A DNA stretch of 64,000 bases, taken from Heterodontus francisci (taxonomy: Eukaryota). Below, in pieces: positions 11,574 through 24,656 of this stretch. Where the stretch lies: positions 76,323,771 through 76,387,770 of the forward strand of contig NC_090392.1 of NCBI RefSeq assembly GCF_036365525.1. Reading direction: 5' to 3'. The position numbers and the translations under genes were made by a program. Position 1 is the stretch's first letter. The number at the start of each line of letters is the position of its first letter. A model generated the notes under the pieces. The model searched no databases, had not been told where the DNA came from, and was given only the letters and a program-made list of their open reading frames with translations.

Positions 11574-12413
11574 GTAAGCTTTTTTTAAAAAAAAAACAAC
11601 AAAATGGGGTAACAGGAATGCCTAGAGGAGGGGAATTCCACACTAAGAAGTGGATGTTTTATTTAATCTCCTTCTACTTTGAAACACAACTGTGAGCAGC
11701 GAGCTGAAATCTGGCATGGTCCTGAAACCTGGAAGCTGTTAGCTGAACTGAGAATCCGATGGATTCGTTGCTTTAGAAAAATAACAATTGAAAGGAGCAA
11801 ATTTCAATCCCTATTCTTGTGTTGTTGCCTACCCTGGACTCCAGCAGTGTAGGACCCCGAAATACATTTTGTTTCAGCTGCCTGAGCCCTAAGCTCTGGA
11901 ATTTCCCTCCCTAAATATCTATATAATCTCTCTCCTCTCCTCTCCTCTCTCTCCCATTTAAGGCGCTTCTTTAAAACCTAACTCTTTGACCAAGCCTTTG
12001 CTCACCTGTCTAAATATCGCCTTCTGTGGCTCGGTATCAAATTTTCTCTAATGTTTCTGTGAAGTGCCTTGGGGCATTTTACTACTTTTAAAGGTGCAAT
12101 ATAAATGCAAGCTGTTATTTATTGGTCTCCTGCCTGAGTCCAGAGGGTACTTCAACTACCCAAGGAAAAAGCGACATTAAAATGGCCGCAGGGCAGGAAA
12201 AGAGCAGCAAGTAAGTGCTTGGATTTTATCTCTTATTTTGTATAGTTCATGCCGCATGGAGGGAATTAATTTCTGTTCCCACCCGCTCTTGTGAGTCTAC
12301 GGCCAGTGAATGCGATGCGTGTGTGTGAGAGTGTGATGTCCCGGAATGGATGGTAAATTCTGTGATTGTATCCTAAACTTCCCACCCTAACATTGGTCTT
12401 CCTGTTTTCTCAG

Positions 12414-12514
12414 GTTGGTACGGAGTGATCCTCAGCATGATCTCTTTCCTCTTCTTCACGGACATGTGCATCTACTGGATCCATCGGTTTCTTCACCACA
12501 GGCTCGTCTATAGG
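12414..12514 (+). CDS. SC5D: SC5D coding exon 3 (first His box)
   Basis: ttttctcag acceptor; GWYGVILSMISFLFFTDMCIYWIHRFLHHRLVYR; 101 nt, phase-compatible, donor GTGAGG. Confidence 0.96.
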
Positions 12515-13118
12515 GTGAGGTATGCTTAGTGTTAGATGGTAGGTTTTAGATTTACAAGGTAGTACAGTTTTGTTGTACAAGTAACTAACTAGAAGAGATT
12601 TAAAAATGGGAATTGCATTTAATTATCACAATTAGAAACACAATTCAATAGTGCATCAATAAAAGGGAGATGCTCAGGTGTAGCTAGCTGCTATTTCATA
12701 AAATCAAACAGCACAGAAGGAGGCTATTTAGTGCATTGTGTCTGTGCTGGCTCTTTAAGAGCTATTCAGTTAGTCCCACTCTCCTGCTGTTTCCCCATAG
12801 CCCTGTAAATTTTTCATTTAAGTATTTATCTAATTCTCCTTTTGAAAGTTACTATTTACTGTATTGTCTGCAAAGGTAATGTCTAGAACCTGTTACTGAC
12901 CTTATTCCCACTTCATTCCTTAAAAAAAACAGTTTGGGTTTTTCATCATTGCAGCTAACCCTGATTTAATTTCTGATAGACGACTAAAGATAGTGAGGGC
13001 GGGTTTGCTACATGATAATTGAAGAGCGTCTCGCATAAATTCAGAACTACATACATTGAATATCATGTGATCATTTTAATGTGAAAATCCTCGTAACGTC
13101 TCCTGGTATTGTCCGCAG

Positions 13119-13562
13119 CATTTACACAAGCCTCACCACATTTGGAAGATTGCAACCCCGTTTGCAAGTCACGCCTTTCATCCTGTGGATGGTTTTCTAC
13201 AGAGCATCCCGTATCACATCTATCCTTTCCTTTTCCCGCTGCACAAGCTGGTCTACCTGGGCCTCTACGTCTTTGTCAACATCTGGACAGTGTCCATTCA
13301 TGACGGAAACTACCGAGTGCCTAAGATCCTTGAGGAGGTCATCAACGGTGCAGCTCACCACACTGACCACCACCTGTACTTTGACTATAACTATGGACAG
13401 TACTTCACACTGTGGGACAGAATCGGAGGCTCCTACATGCGCCCCTCATCCTTCAAAGGTAAAGGACCGCACGACTACCTGAGGAAGCTGAAGTTCGAGG
13501 GAAGGCTGTGTGGTGGGTTTAATGGCCTTGCATCCAATAAAAAAGTCTACAAAGAGGAATGA
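13119..13562 (+). CDS. SC5D: SC5D last coding exon (His boxes HKPHH and HTDHH)
   Basis: [28 protein letters not shown]...[26 protein letters not shown]; stop TGA 13560-13562; spliced CDS 888 nt; AATAAA at 13707. Confidence 0.97.
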   Translation, partial: HLHKPHHIWKIATPFASHAFHPVDGFLQSIPYHIYPFLFPLHKLVYLGLYVFVNIWTVSIHDGNYRVPKILEEVINGAAHHTDHHLYFDYNYGQYFTLWDRIGGSYMRPSSFKGKGPHDYLRKLKFEGRLCGGFNGLASNKKVYKEE

Positions 13563-14849
13563 GCAGCTTTCATTCCCTGACATTGCCCACGCTTTGTTCA
13601 AGTGAAGCATTCTCAACCCTGCCAAGAGCAATACTATGACACATAATCCACTTAATGATTTACTATATTTTATTACTACTGGTGAAGCCTATTGGAAATA
13701 TGCAACAATAAAAGACTACTTGTAGCTTTGTGAGGGAGGGAAAACCCCACTTCACTAGCTTTTGGCAGATTGGAAATGATTTGTTCAAAAATTCTGCAGA
13801 TGGTTACTTGTATGTAGCACAGGAGATCTGCAACAATCTTGTAAATTAGGGCTTCGATGTATTACTGATCTGAAAACTTTATTAATGCCTCGCATGCCAC
13901 TAGCTAGGGTACAGGCTATTCTTGTTTGTCATCTGGTTTTAATTATGTAAGATATTATAACAAGAATAGATTGGTTGCTAAAGGATTTCGATTATTCTGA
14001 TGATTTCAAGCAGTTTTAAAAGACACAGTTTCTGTGCCATACAGCCAGCTACCTTTGTGTCTAGAATGTTTTTTTTGAAGTAAAATCATATTGTTGCTTT
14101 TCAATGATGGCTAATCACAGAAAGACTCCTGCTTCTCACCTACAGGCGATGATACATCTGAAACAGGATATTGTGAATTATTATTGGGGCTTCAGTTTGT
14201 ATCTTAAGTTGTTTTGTTTAATGTTTGCCTACTTTATATTGTATAATTTTTTCTTTGGTCATGTGATGATTACACAGTAAAATACCATACAGCTTTAATG
14301 AGTCTGAGCTAATTATATTTCAAACATAATTTTATATCTAATGCAGGAGGGAACTGGGTTGTGCTGTAGGTTTACGGCACTGATCGGTCTGGATTTAAAT
14401 CCAGTGTGGGCTATAACAATGCCAGGTTAAATGAGTTTGGGGCAGTCTTAATCAAGTTCCTAGTGCATGTGAGCCTATAACAAAACAGGCCTCGTCTTGC
14501 CATTTGTTTGAAGATCTCACACATGTTTGAAGATCATGTCAGGAAACTGGATAGGCCAGTCTAGACCGGCTGTACCTGCCTTGGCTATGCAGAGTGGAAT
14601 GTGTTCTCATTCCTGCACTGCCATCCCTAACAAGCAAATTCATGGTGATGACCTTTGCCATATCAAACCATGTAAGTTTTGAAATATCTGTCTTTGGTGT
14701 TTTGCAGGACCTTTTTTAAGTCCACTTTTGCCAGGTTTCCAGGTCAATATATCAGAGGGCAATCAATCAGTGGCTATGGTAGCATTGCATCCGTCCATCC
14801 AAAATAGCTTTTTTAAAAATTCTGTAGATCTCTATATGAAACAAAAAAC

Positions 14850-15380
14850 ATTTATAAAGTGACTTTTGTGTAGTAAAACATCTCCAGCCACTTCAGGAAC
14901 ATAATCAGACACAAATTGACAACAAGCCACTTAAGGTGATATTAGGATAGGCTTGGTCACAGAGGTAGTTGTTAAGCAGTGTCTTTAAAGAAGGAGTGAA
15001 TTCTAGAGCTCAGGGCCCAGGTAACTTAATACACTACCACCAATTGGGGATGCACGAGAGGCTAGAATTGGAGCAGTGCCAAGATCTGAGAGTTGTAGGG
15101 CTGGAGAAGGTAGAGAGAGATAAGGAAGGGATGAGGTCATGGAGGGATTTGAACTCCTAAAGAATTTTTAAATCAAGGCATTGATGGACCAGAAGCCAAC
15201 CTAGATTGGTGCTCACTGAGCTAAAGAGTGAATGAGACTTGAGTTAGGAGATGGGCAGCAATGTTTTAATGAGCTCAACTTTGTGGAGGGTGAAAGATGG
15301 GAGGCTGGCCTGGAGATAACAAAAGCCTGGATTAGGATTTCTGTCACCAGAAGGCTGAGACAGGTGATATTAGAGGTGGA
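14850..15380 (-). mobile_element. Degraded L2-type 3' fragment
   Basis: Reverse complement of the L2 tail seen at 7960 and 25545. Confidence 0.55.
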
Positions 15381-15794
15381 AGTCCGATACACAGTTGATA
15401 GTTAATGCCCGTGAGAAACATATGTTGTCTAGTAACTTTAACATGTTTTATGAAGAATTATCAAAGTTTTGAAGTGATCAAAGGCACCTAGCAAAAGCTG
15501 CTTCTGGGTTCCAGCATATAAAAGAAAATATTGTGATTAGCTAACTTACTGCCCTAGGTAAATGGCAGAAATAATGCGTACATTTAAACACACAATGACT
15601 GAAACCACACTGTGTGATATTAGTAATGGAGCTGTTCTTATAAAATTCCCTTGCTTGCTAATTAATGAAAGCATTACTGCAACTTTTACTAATGCCACCC
15701 AGCATGATTTCAACCAGTGTTGTAATAACACCAATACTGCTAACGAATCTTCCAAGGAAGTGTTTGTGGTGTTGCCGAGATGCTGGCCTTCTGT

Positions 15795-16245
15795 CAGATG
15801 TAGCTCAGCGGGTAGCACACTTGCCTTTGAGTCAGAGGGTTGTGGGTTAAAGTCCCACTCCAGAGATTTGAGTACATTAGCCAGGCTGACGCTCTAGTCC
15901 AGTACTGAGGGAGTGCTGCACTGTTAACGCTGCTATCTTCCAGTTGACACATTAAACTGAGGCTCAGTCTGCCTTCTGGGGTGGACGTAAAATATCCCAC
16001 AGCACTATTCGAAGAGGAGCAGGAGAGGTTTCTCCAATGGCCTGGCCAACATGTGTCCCTTAACCAACATCACTAAACAGATTATCTGGTCATTATCACA
16101 TTGCTATTTGTAGGACCTTGCTTATGCACAAATTGGCTGCTGCATGTTCTACATTAAACATTGACTATTCTTCAAAAGTACTTCAGTGGATATAAAGTGT
16201 TTTGGAACATCCCGAAATCGTGAGATGTGCCATATAAAAACAAAT
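15795..16245 (+). mobile_element. DeuSINE (SacSINE1-like), near full length
   Basis: tRNA head GTAGCTCAGCGGGTAGCAC...GGGTTAAAGTCCC, Deu core, L2-like tail. Confidence 0.8.
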
Positions 16246-17359
16246 CTTCCCCCCCCACCCCCCCCCCCCCTCAAGATCTCAGCCTGGAACTATTGAGAGC
16301 TGTCTTTCTTCCTACAATCTTCAACCTGTTGGAAGTAGCATGGGGTGTCACGCAGCTTCCTCTATCCTAATGTCTCACCTTTGTCCTTTGCGGTTTTGAA
16401 TGGTCGACTTGGTTTTGAACCTTGATTGAAATTTATTATTGAGTATTGCTTAGTCATTCAACTGGGAGGGCTTCACACTGGAGTCCAATCCTGTATCACT
16501 GGCACTCTCAGCACAAGCTCAACATGGCATTTCGGAGATTTCCTCTTGTGGCCAACTCAAAGACTAGGCTCTTTATGTTAATTTCAGCACCACGTCAAGG
16601 GTTAAAAGCCATCTCAGAAGACCAGACACCTAGATCAACCATGAGCTATTGAATGGTGGACCAGATTCTTATTCTTATGACATTCAACTCCATTTACTGG
16701 AGTTCACAATACTAATTTATAATAGCGCGTGTGATTTGATTAATGCTTCTGTTCAATACTATATGATCGTTTCGAACATACCACTCATTTTTACATCCTG
16801 GTTTTATCTTATGGCTATACCACTTGCCCCACTCCCCCTTGAGGTTTGGATTGGTCAAAAGACAAACTGCTTACAGCATTTTCTGCCTCTTTTGTAGACT
16901 TCCAGCATCTGCAGTCTTTTGCTTTTCACATCATCCAGATGGGCTGTTTCAGGAAATTCATGGTAACAGGTTTTAAGACAGTTAAACAGAACGCCGCCTT
17001 ATGTGCAGTTAATCTGCTGTATCCTCACAGCCCACTTGAGGGCAGCTGTGTGCACAAACCACAGTCACAGCTGATAGCAAGGTGCAGGATGAATGGAGTC
17101 ATTTTGGTTGAAGGCAAATTAAGTTGGATTAGAAGCTACATTGAAATTAGAAGCAATGCAAACACTGTGCAAATCTGAGTCATTAGGCAAATGTAGTAGA
17201 AATAAATACAGACAAGGGAAATCATTGAGCACAACTCATCTTTCCAGCCAATTACAGGAGCCCTTTCCAATCACTGCATGATCCTAGTTTTTGCTTCCAT
17301 GACTGCACCCAGTCATCCAGGTTAAGGTCATGATGATTCTTTGTGACGTGCTTCCTGAC

Positions 17360-18050
17360 ATAAGAAATAGGAGCAGGAGTAGGCCATACATATCCCTCTA
17401 TTCCTTTAATGTCCAAAAATCTATCAGCTTCTGTCTTGAATATACTGAGCATCCACATCCCTCTGGGCTAGAGGATTCCAAAGATTCACAAACCTCTGAA
17501 TGAAGAAATTTCTCCTCATCTCAGTTTTAAATGGCCAACCCTTTATCCTGATGTTGACCAATTTTCTGGGCTCTCCAGCCAGGAGAAACAGCCACTCAGT
17601 ACCCACCTTGTTTATTTATTTATAGATACAGCACTGAAACAGGCCCTTCGGCCCACCAAGTCTGTGCCGACCAACAACCACCCGTTTATACTAACCCTAC
17701 AGTAATTCCATATTCCCTACCACCTACCTACACTAGGGGCAATTTACAATGGCCAATTTACCTATCAACCTGCAAGTCTTTGGCTGTGGGAGGAAACCGG
17801 AGCACCCAGCAAAAACCCACACGGTCTCAGGGAGAACTTGCAAACTCCGCACAGGCAGTACCCAGAATCGAACCCGGGTCCCTGGAGCTGTGAGGCTGCG
17901 GTGCTAACCACTGTGCCGCCCTCTAAGAATATGTTCCAATGAGATCACCTCTCATTCTTCTAAATTCCAGCAAATATCGGCCCATTTTACTCAACCTCTC
18001 ATCATAGGACAATCCTGTTAACCCAGGAATCAGGTTAGTGAACCTTCATT
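17360..18050 (-). mobile_element. CR1 3' fragment with nested HE1 SINE (17610-17921)
   Basis: CR1 tail on both sides of a minus-strand V-SINE. Confidence 0.75.
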
Positions 18051-18934
18051 GACATTTGTTCTTTGTAATAAGCTTGGTTTCCTTTTTACTTGTATCCATC
18101 TTTGTCCTGCACATGTATTGTATTATGGTATTGTAACTTAATAAAGCTCCGGGTTAAGAGTTCCTATTTCCCTTTCAGTCTTATATTCATCCAGGGATGG
18201 AATTGGCATGATGTGCTTTCGCTTCACTAAGTTTCCAGTTGTGGTATAACTGAAAACTGTACCAGGCCACCTGAAGACAGCAGAAGCAGACTCCTTAGGG
18301 GAGAATTGTGGTCTAACTGTAAATCCTTTGCTGTCAGTTCCAAATTGATTTCCCTGTTGAAGTTTCAGGCTATGTACTGGGAATAGTCTTCAGTTTTTCC
18401 AATCAGACAAATGTGGCCACTCATTCATGACTAGTTGCTCAAACCCAAAAGCACATTTCACAACCCCGTCCTCTACCCACATGTAGGTCTACTCATTAAT
18501 GATGGCCTCATTAGTTAGGTAAACTCAATTTGGTGGAATACGACAGAAAAAGATCTTGCATGTAACGCCTTTCACAACCTGAGGATGTTCTGAAGTGATT
18601 CGCAGCTAATGAAGTACTGTTTTGAAGTGTAGTCACTGTTGTAATTTGTGCACAGCAAGCTCCCACAAACAGCAATGTAGTAATGATCAGATTGTCTGCT
18701 ACTCAACGATATTGGTTGAGGTAGAAATATTGTTCCTTGACACCTGGGAGAACTGCCCTGCTATTTTTCGAAATAGTGTTGTGGGATCATGTACATCCAC
18801 CTGAGGGGGCAGACTGGGCCTCAGTTTAACATCTCATCCAAAAGGTCTTTAACTCACTGCTCTGGAGCTCTTCTCACTGATTAAAATGGTGTCAGGCTCA
18901 TCACCTTCTTCGAAGGTTTGCCAAACACTTCCAG

Positions 18935-21900
18935 TTCTTTTTTATTCATTCATGGGATATGGGCGTCGCTGGCTAAGCCAGCATTTATTGCCCATCCCTC
19001 ATTGCCCTTGAGAAGGTGGTGGTGAGCTGCCTTCTTTAACTGCTGCAGTCCATGTGAGGTAGGTGCATCCACAGTGCTGTTAGGAAGGGAGTTCCAGGAT
19101 TTTGACCCAGCGACAGTGAAGGAACGGTGATATAGTTCCAAGTCAGGGTGCTGTGTGACTTGGAGGGGAACTTGCAGGTGGTGGTGTTCCCATGCATTTG
19201 CTGCCCTTGTCCTCCTAGTTGGTAGAGGTCACAGGTTTGGAAGGTGCTGTCGAAGGAGCCTTGGTGCATTGCTGCAGTGCATCTTGTAGATGGTACACAC
19301 TGCTACCACTGTGCGTTGGTGGTGGAGGGAGTGAATGTTTGTGAGTGGGGTACCAATCAAGTGGGCTGCTTTGTCCTGGATGGTGTCGAGCTTCTTGAGT
19401 GTTGTTGGAACTGCACCCATCCAGGCGAGTGGAGAGTATTTCATCACACTCCTGACTTGTGCCTTGTAGATGGTGGACAGGCTTTGGGGAGTCAGGAGGT
19501 GAGTTACTTGCCGCAGGATTCCTAGCCTCTGACCTGCTCTTGTAGCCACAGTATTTATACGCTAGTCATGTTCAGTTTCTTTATTATTATTTTTATTTAT
19601 TTATTTTTTTTATTTCGAGATATAGCACTGAAACAGGCCCTTCAGCCCACCGAGTCTGTGCCGACCATCAACCACCCATTTATACTAATCCTACATTAAT
19701 CCCATTACCTTCTCACATCCCCACCTTCCCTCAATTCCCCTACCACCTACCTATACTAGGGGCAATTTATAATGGCCAATTTACCTATCAACCTGCAAGT
19801 CTTTGGCTGTGGGAGGAAACCGGAGCACCCGGCAAAAACCCACGCTGTCACAGGGAAAACTTGCAAACTCCGCACAGGCAGTACCCAGAATCGAACCCAG
19901 GTCGCTGGAGCTGTGAGGCTGTGGTGCTAACCACTGCGCCACTGTGCCGCCCACTGTGGTCAATGGTAGCCCCTAGGATGTTGATAGTGGGGGATTCAGC
20001 GATGGTAATGCTAACCATCTCCTCAAGGGGAGATGGTTAGATTCTCTCTTGTTGGAGATGGTCATTGCCTGGCACTTGTGTGGCGCGAATGTTACTTGCC
20101 ATTTATCAGCCCAAGCCTGGCTATTGTCCAGGTCCTGCTGCATTTCTACACGAATTGCTTCAGTATCTGAGGAGTCGCGAATGGTGCTGAAGATTGTGCA
20201 ATCATCAGCGAACATCCCCACTTTTGACCTTATGATTGAAGGAAGGTCATTGATGAAGCAGCTGAAGATGGTTGGGCCTAGGACACTACCCTGAGGAACT
20301 CCTGCAGTCATGTCCTGGAGCTGAGACGATTGACGTCCAACAGCCACAACAATCTTCCTTTGCGCTAGGTATGACTCCAACCAGCAGAGAGCTTTCCCCC
20401 TGATTCCCATTGACTTCAGTTTTGCCAGGGCTCCTTGATGCCATACTCGGTCAAATGCTGCTTTGATGGCAAGGCCAGTCACTCTCACCTCACCACTTGA
20501 GTTCAGCTCTTTCGTCCGTGTTTGAACCAGGGCTGTAATGAGGTCAGGAGCTGAGTAGCCCTGGCAGAACCCAAACTTAGCATCACTGAGCAGGTTATTG
20601 CTAAGCAAGTGCCGCTTGATGGCACTATTGATGACACCTTCCATCACTTTACTGATGATTGAGAGTAGACTGATGGCGGTACTTGGCTGGGTTGGATTTG
20701 TCCTGTTTTTTGTGTGCAGGACATACCTGGGTAATTTTCCACATTGCTGGGTAGATGCCAGTGTTGTAGCTGTACTGGAACAGCTTGGCTAGGGGCGTGG
20801 AAATTCTGGAGCACAGGTCTTCAGTACTACTGCCAGAATATTGTCAGGGTCCACAGCTTTTGCAGTATCCAGTGCCTTCAGTCGTTTCTTGATATCACGC
20901 AAAGTGAATTGAATTGGCTGAAGTCTGGCATCTGTTATGCTGGGGACCTCAGGAGGAGGCCGAGATGGATCATCAACTCGGCACTTCTGGCTGAAGATTG
21001 TTGCAAATGCTTCAGCCTTATCTTTCGTACTGATGTGCTGGGCTCCCCCATCATTGAGGATGGAGATATTTGTGGAGCCACCTCCTCCAGTTAGTTGGTT
21101 AATTGTCCTCCACCATTCACAGCTGGATGTGGCAGGACTGCAGAGCTTAGATCTGATCCGTTGGTTATGGGATCGCTTAGCTCTGTCTATCGCATGCTGC
21201 TTCCGCAGTTTGGCACGCAAGTAGTCCTGTGTTGTAACTTCACCAGGTTGACACCTCATTTTGAGGTATGCCTGGTGCTGCTCCTCCTGCACTCTTCATT
21301 GAACCAGGGTTGGTCTCCTGGCTTGATGGTAATGGTAGAGTGGGGGATGTGCCAGGCCATGAGGTTACAGATTGTGGTTGAGTACAATTCTGCTGCTGCT
21401 GATGGCCCACAGCACCTCATGGATGCCCAGTTTTACATTGCTAGATCTGTTCTAAATCTATCCCATTTAGCATGGTGGTAGTGCCACACAACACGATGAA
21501 GGGTATCCTCAATGTGAAGGCGGGACGTCATCTCCACAAGGACTGTGCCGTGGTCACTCCTACCAATACTGTCATAGACAGATGTATCAGCAGCAGGCAG
21601 ATTGGTGAGGACAAGGTCAAGTATGTTTTTCCCTCACCACCTGCCGCATACCCAGTCTAGCAGCTATGTCCTTTAGGACTAGGCCAGCAATGGTGCTACC
21701 AAACCACTCTTGGTGATGGACATTGAAGTCTCCCATCCAGAGTACATTCTGTGCCCTTGCCACCCTCAGTGTTTCCTCCAAGTGCTGTCCAACATGGAGG
21801 AGTACTGACTCTTTAGCTGAGGGAGGGAAGTCAGTGGTAATCAGCAGGAGGTTACCTTGCCCATGTTTGACCTGATTCCATGAGACTTCATGGGGTCCGG

Positions 21901-22555
21901 TGTTGATATTGAGGATTCCCAGGGCAACTCCCTCCCGACTGTATACCACTGTGCCACCACCTCTGCTGGTGGGATAGGACATACCCGGGGACGGTGATGG
22001 TAGTGTCTGGGATATTGTCTGTAAGGTATGATTCCGTGAGTATGACTATGTCAGGCTGATGCTTGACTAGTCTGTGGAACAGCTCTTGCAACTTTGGCAC
22101 AAGCCCCCAGATGTTAGTAAGAAGGACTTTGCAGGATCGACAGGGCTGGGTTTGCCATTGTCATTTCCGGTGCCTAGGTTGATGACGGGTGGTCCGTCCA
22201 GTTTCATTCTTTTTTATTGACTTCGCAGTGGTTAGATTAACTGAGTGGCTTGTTAGGCCATTTCAGAGGGCATGTAAGAGTCAACCACATTGTTGTGGGT
22301 CTGTAGTCAAGTCACATGTCGGCCAGACCAGCAGATTTCCTTCCCTAAAGGACATTAGTGAACCAGATGGGTTTTTACAACAATCGACAGTGGTTTCATG
22401 GCCATCATTAGACTAGCTTTTTTAAAGCCAGGTTATTATTTGAATTCAAATTCCACCTTCTGCTGTGGTGGGATTTGAACCCATGTCCCCAGTGCAATAC
22501 CCTGGGTCTCTGGGTTACCAGTCCAGTGACAATACCAGTACACCACCGCCTCCCC
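18935..22555 (-). mobile_element. Degenerate APE-RT non-LTR retrotransposon (CR1/L2 group) with tRNA-like 5' head; HE1 SINE nested at 19581-19952
   Basis: APE motifs (LLTNIWGL, PDIVILTES, GDFNVHH), RT motifs (AFDRVWH, GVPQGSVLGP, FADD), frameshifted; 3' tail GAATGAATAAAAAA. Confidence 0.9.
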
Positions 22556-22674
22556 TATTCTAAAGTGCACCAATACATTTTTACATTGTTTAATTTTACT
22601 TTTAAAACAAACTAAAAGGAAGGTTTTTCCAAACGCATTCTCATTTTTTAGTGGAGGCTGTCCTTTTAAACTTC

Positions 22675-22902
22675 AGAGACTTTGAACAAAGAACAACTGA
22701 AACTTTACCCTTCACTTCTATAATGCGGTTTCCTGGGCTCAAGAGCCAATCAGGGAACACCACAATGACGTGACTAGCTATCTTGCAGATGGCAAATGAA
22801 CACTCCAAGTGAAACAGAGCAGGCTGCTCTGTTCAGGAGGAATATCCAAAGCAGGCTGGACGGATGTGACTGAGTAGCTTCTGTGGAGTGAATGACCGGC
22901 TC
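22675..22902 (+). promoter_or_regulatory. Putative promoter and non-coding first exon of the JAML-like gene
   Basis: TCF/LEF CTTTGAA 22680, RUNX TGCGGT 22724 abutting ETS-like TTCCTG, CCAAT 22746, RUNX ACCACA 22759, CRE half-site TGACGT 22766; donor GTAAGT at 22903. Confidence 0.45.
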
Positions 22903-23109
22903 GTAAGTTCTTTCCTACTCTGAAACAGAAAAATCTTGAAGAAAAAAAAAAATCTGCTTTCAATCAGAAATTTTTGTTTTAATCGATAAATTTTGTTTTA
23001 ACCTGTCAGAAACAAGACAGAGTTAAAATCCAATTTAGTGAATAAGAGGTTTGTTCAGGAGGACTGTTCCCAAGTGTAAGTTTTCCTCTCATTCTATGAA
23101 TAATTATCA

Positions 23110-23640
23110 TTCATATAGCGCCTTTAATGTGGTAAAAGGCACTTTATAGGAGTATGATCAGATAACATTTTCACACCAAGCCACATAAGGAGCTAGTCGG
23201 ACAAGTTACTAGCAGCTTGGCCAAATAGGTTTTAAGGAGCATCTTAAAGGAGGAGAAAGAGGTGGAGAGGTTTAGGGAGGGAATTCCAGAGATTGTCAGC
23301 TGAAGGCATGGCTGCCAATGGTGGAGCAAAGGAAGTGAGGATGCACAAATGGCCAGAATTGGAGGAATGTAGAGTGCTCGGAGGGTTGTGAAGCTGGAGG
23401 GGTTACTGAGATAGGGAGGGGTGAGACTGTGGAGGGATTCGAAAACAAGGATACAGTTTTTTTAATTGAGGTGTTGCTGGAGTGGGAGTCAATGTCAGCC
23501 AGCAAGCAAAGGTTTAGTGGGTGAATGGGACTTGCTGCGAGTTGGGAAACGGGCAACAGAGTTTTGGATGAGTTCATTTATGGGGGGTGCAGATGGGAGG
23601 CCTGTCAGAACAGCATTAGAATAGTTAAACCTAGAAACCA
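23110..23640 (-). mobile_element. L2-type 3' fragment
   Basis: Minus-strand ORF remnant SRFNYSNAVLTGLP...LIQNSVAR. Confidence 0.7.
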
Positions 23641-23760
23641 GCCATTGGACAGAGCAAGTTCCAAAGAGTGGACAACAAGTTATTGACACCGGTGGACTGT
23701 GAGGAATGAGACTCTGCAATCAAAAGAATAAGACAGAACACAAACTTCTTTAACACACAG

Positions 23761-23792
23761 CTATGCCTAATTTAAGATTCTCATCAAAATAG
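23761..23792 (+). other. Candidate 5' UTR exon of the JAML-like gene
   Basis: acacacag acceptor and strong TAG|GTGAGT donor; contains ATG...TAG mini-ORF. Confidence 0.35.
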
Positions 23793-24656
23793 GTGAGTTT
23801 TTTTGCAGCCAATTGAATGCGTCTCCCCCAAGTGAGTGGGACTCGGCAATGGGGGATCATTCAAAATGGGTGTCACGGTGACTGTTTAGATTTTCCCCCC
23901 CATTTTGTGTTATTTTCTTTCATAAGCTGTAAGCACTAGGACTCCAGGGATTGTACCAGTTATAATTCTCTAGAAATTGCTAATTCAGAAAGTGGAGGAA
24001 TTTCCTAACTTGAAAACTCTCTTCAAATAACAGGCTGAAGTAACTGTTTTTTGATCAGCGTCTAAAGCTGCTGTTGGTTCTGTTTAATGATGAACTAGAG
24101 CTTTCTTCTTCACAGGAAGCTTCCAATGAACAGAACAGCTGCTGGACTGAAACAGCAGCCCAGGGTTGAACGGCAGTGATATTCCGCGATTAGGTGACCA
24201 GAACTAGTCAGTGAAACAGAGATGTGTTTATCTGTGGATCCTCAGTTGTTGAGTATATCCAAGACACAGATCGATACATTTTCGGATACTAAGGGAATCA
24301 AGGGATATGGAAGTAGCGCAGGAAGGTGGACATGAGGTAGAAGATCAATCATGATCTTGTTGAATGGTGGATCAGACTCAAAAGTCCAAATGGCCTACTC
24401 GAGCTCCTGATTCTTATGTTTTGTTCTGTGAATTATGGGTATGGTAACAAGAGAAATCAACATGGATCAATACATTCCTGTCAATACTGTTGCATTTTGC
24501 AATTCATTAACTGATTCAAACTGTCCTGACGTTCTCTTTCATTCTCTTTTAGTTTGTAGAGGCCTTTTGAGGTCTTAAAAGACAGCCACCACCCGCGCCT
24601 TTCACTCTAGACTTTCACTGGCTTTTTCATTATTGCTGTGTCTTTATCCACGATTT

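Noticed and set aside
15562-15897. 111-aa ORF as a novel gene
   Set aside because: 3' third is DeuSINE sequence; no recognisable domain or consistent splice structure
16583-16600. REST/RE1 site (TTCAGCACCACG)
   Set aside because: Only the left half matches, the GGACAG half is absent, and it is 26 kb from SCN2B
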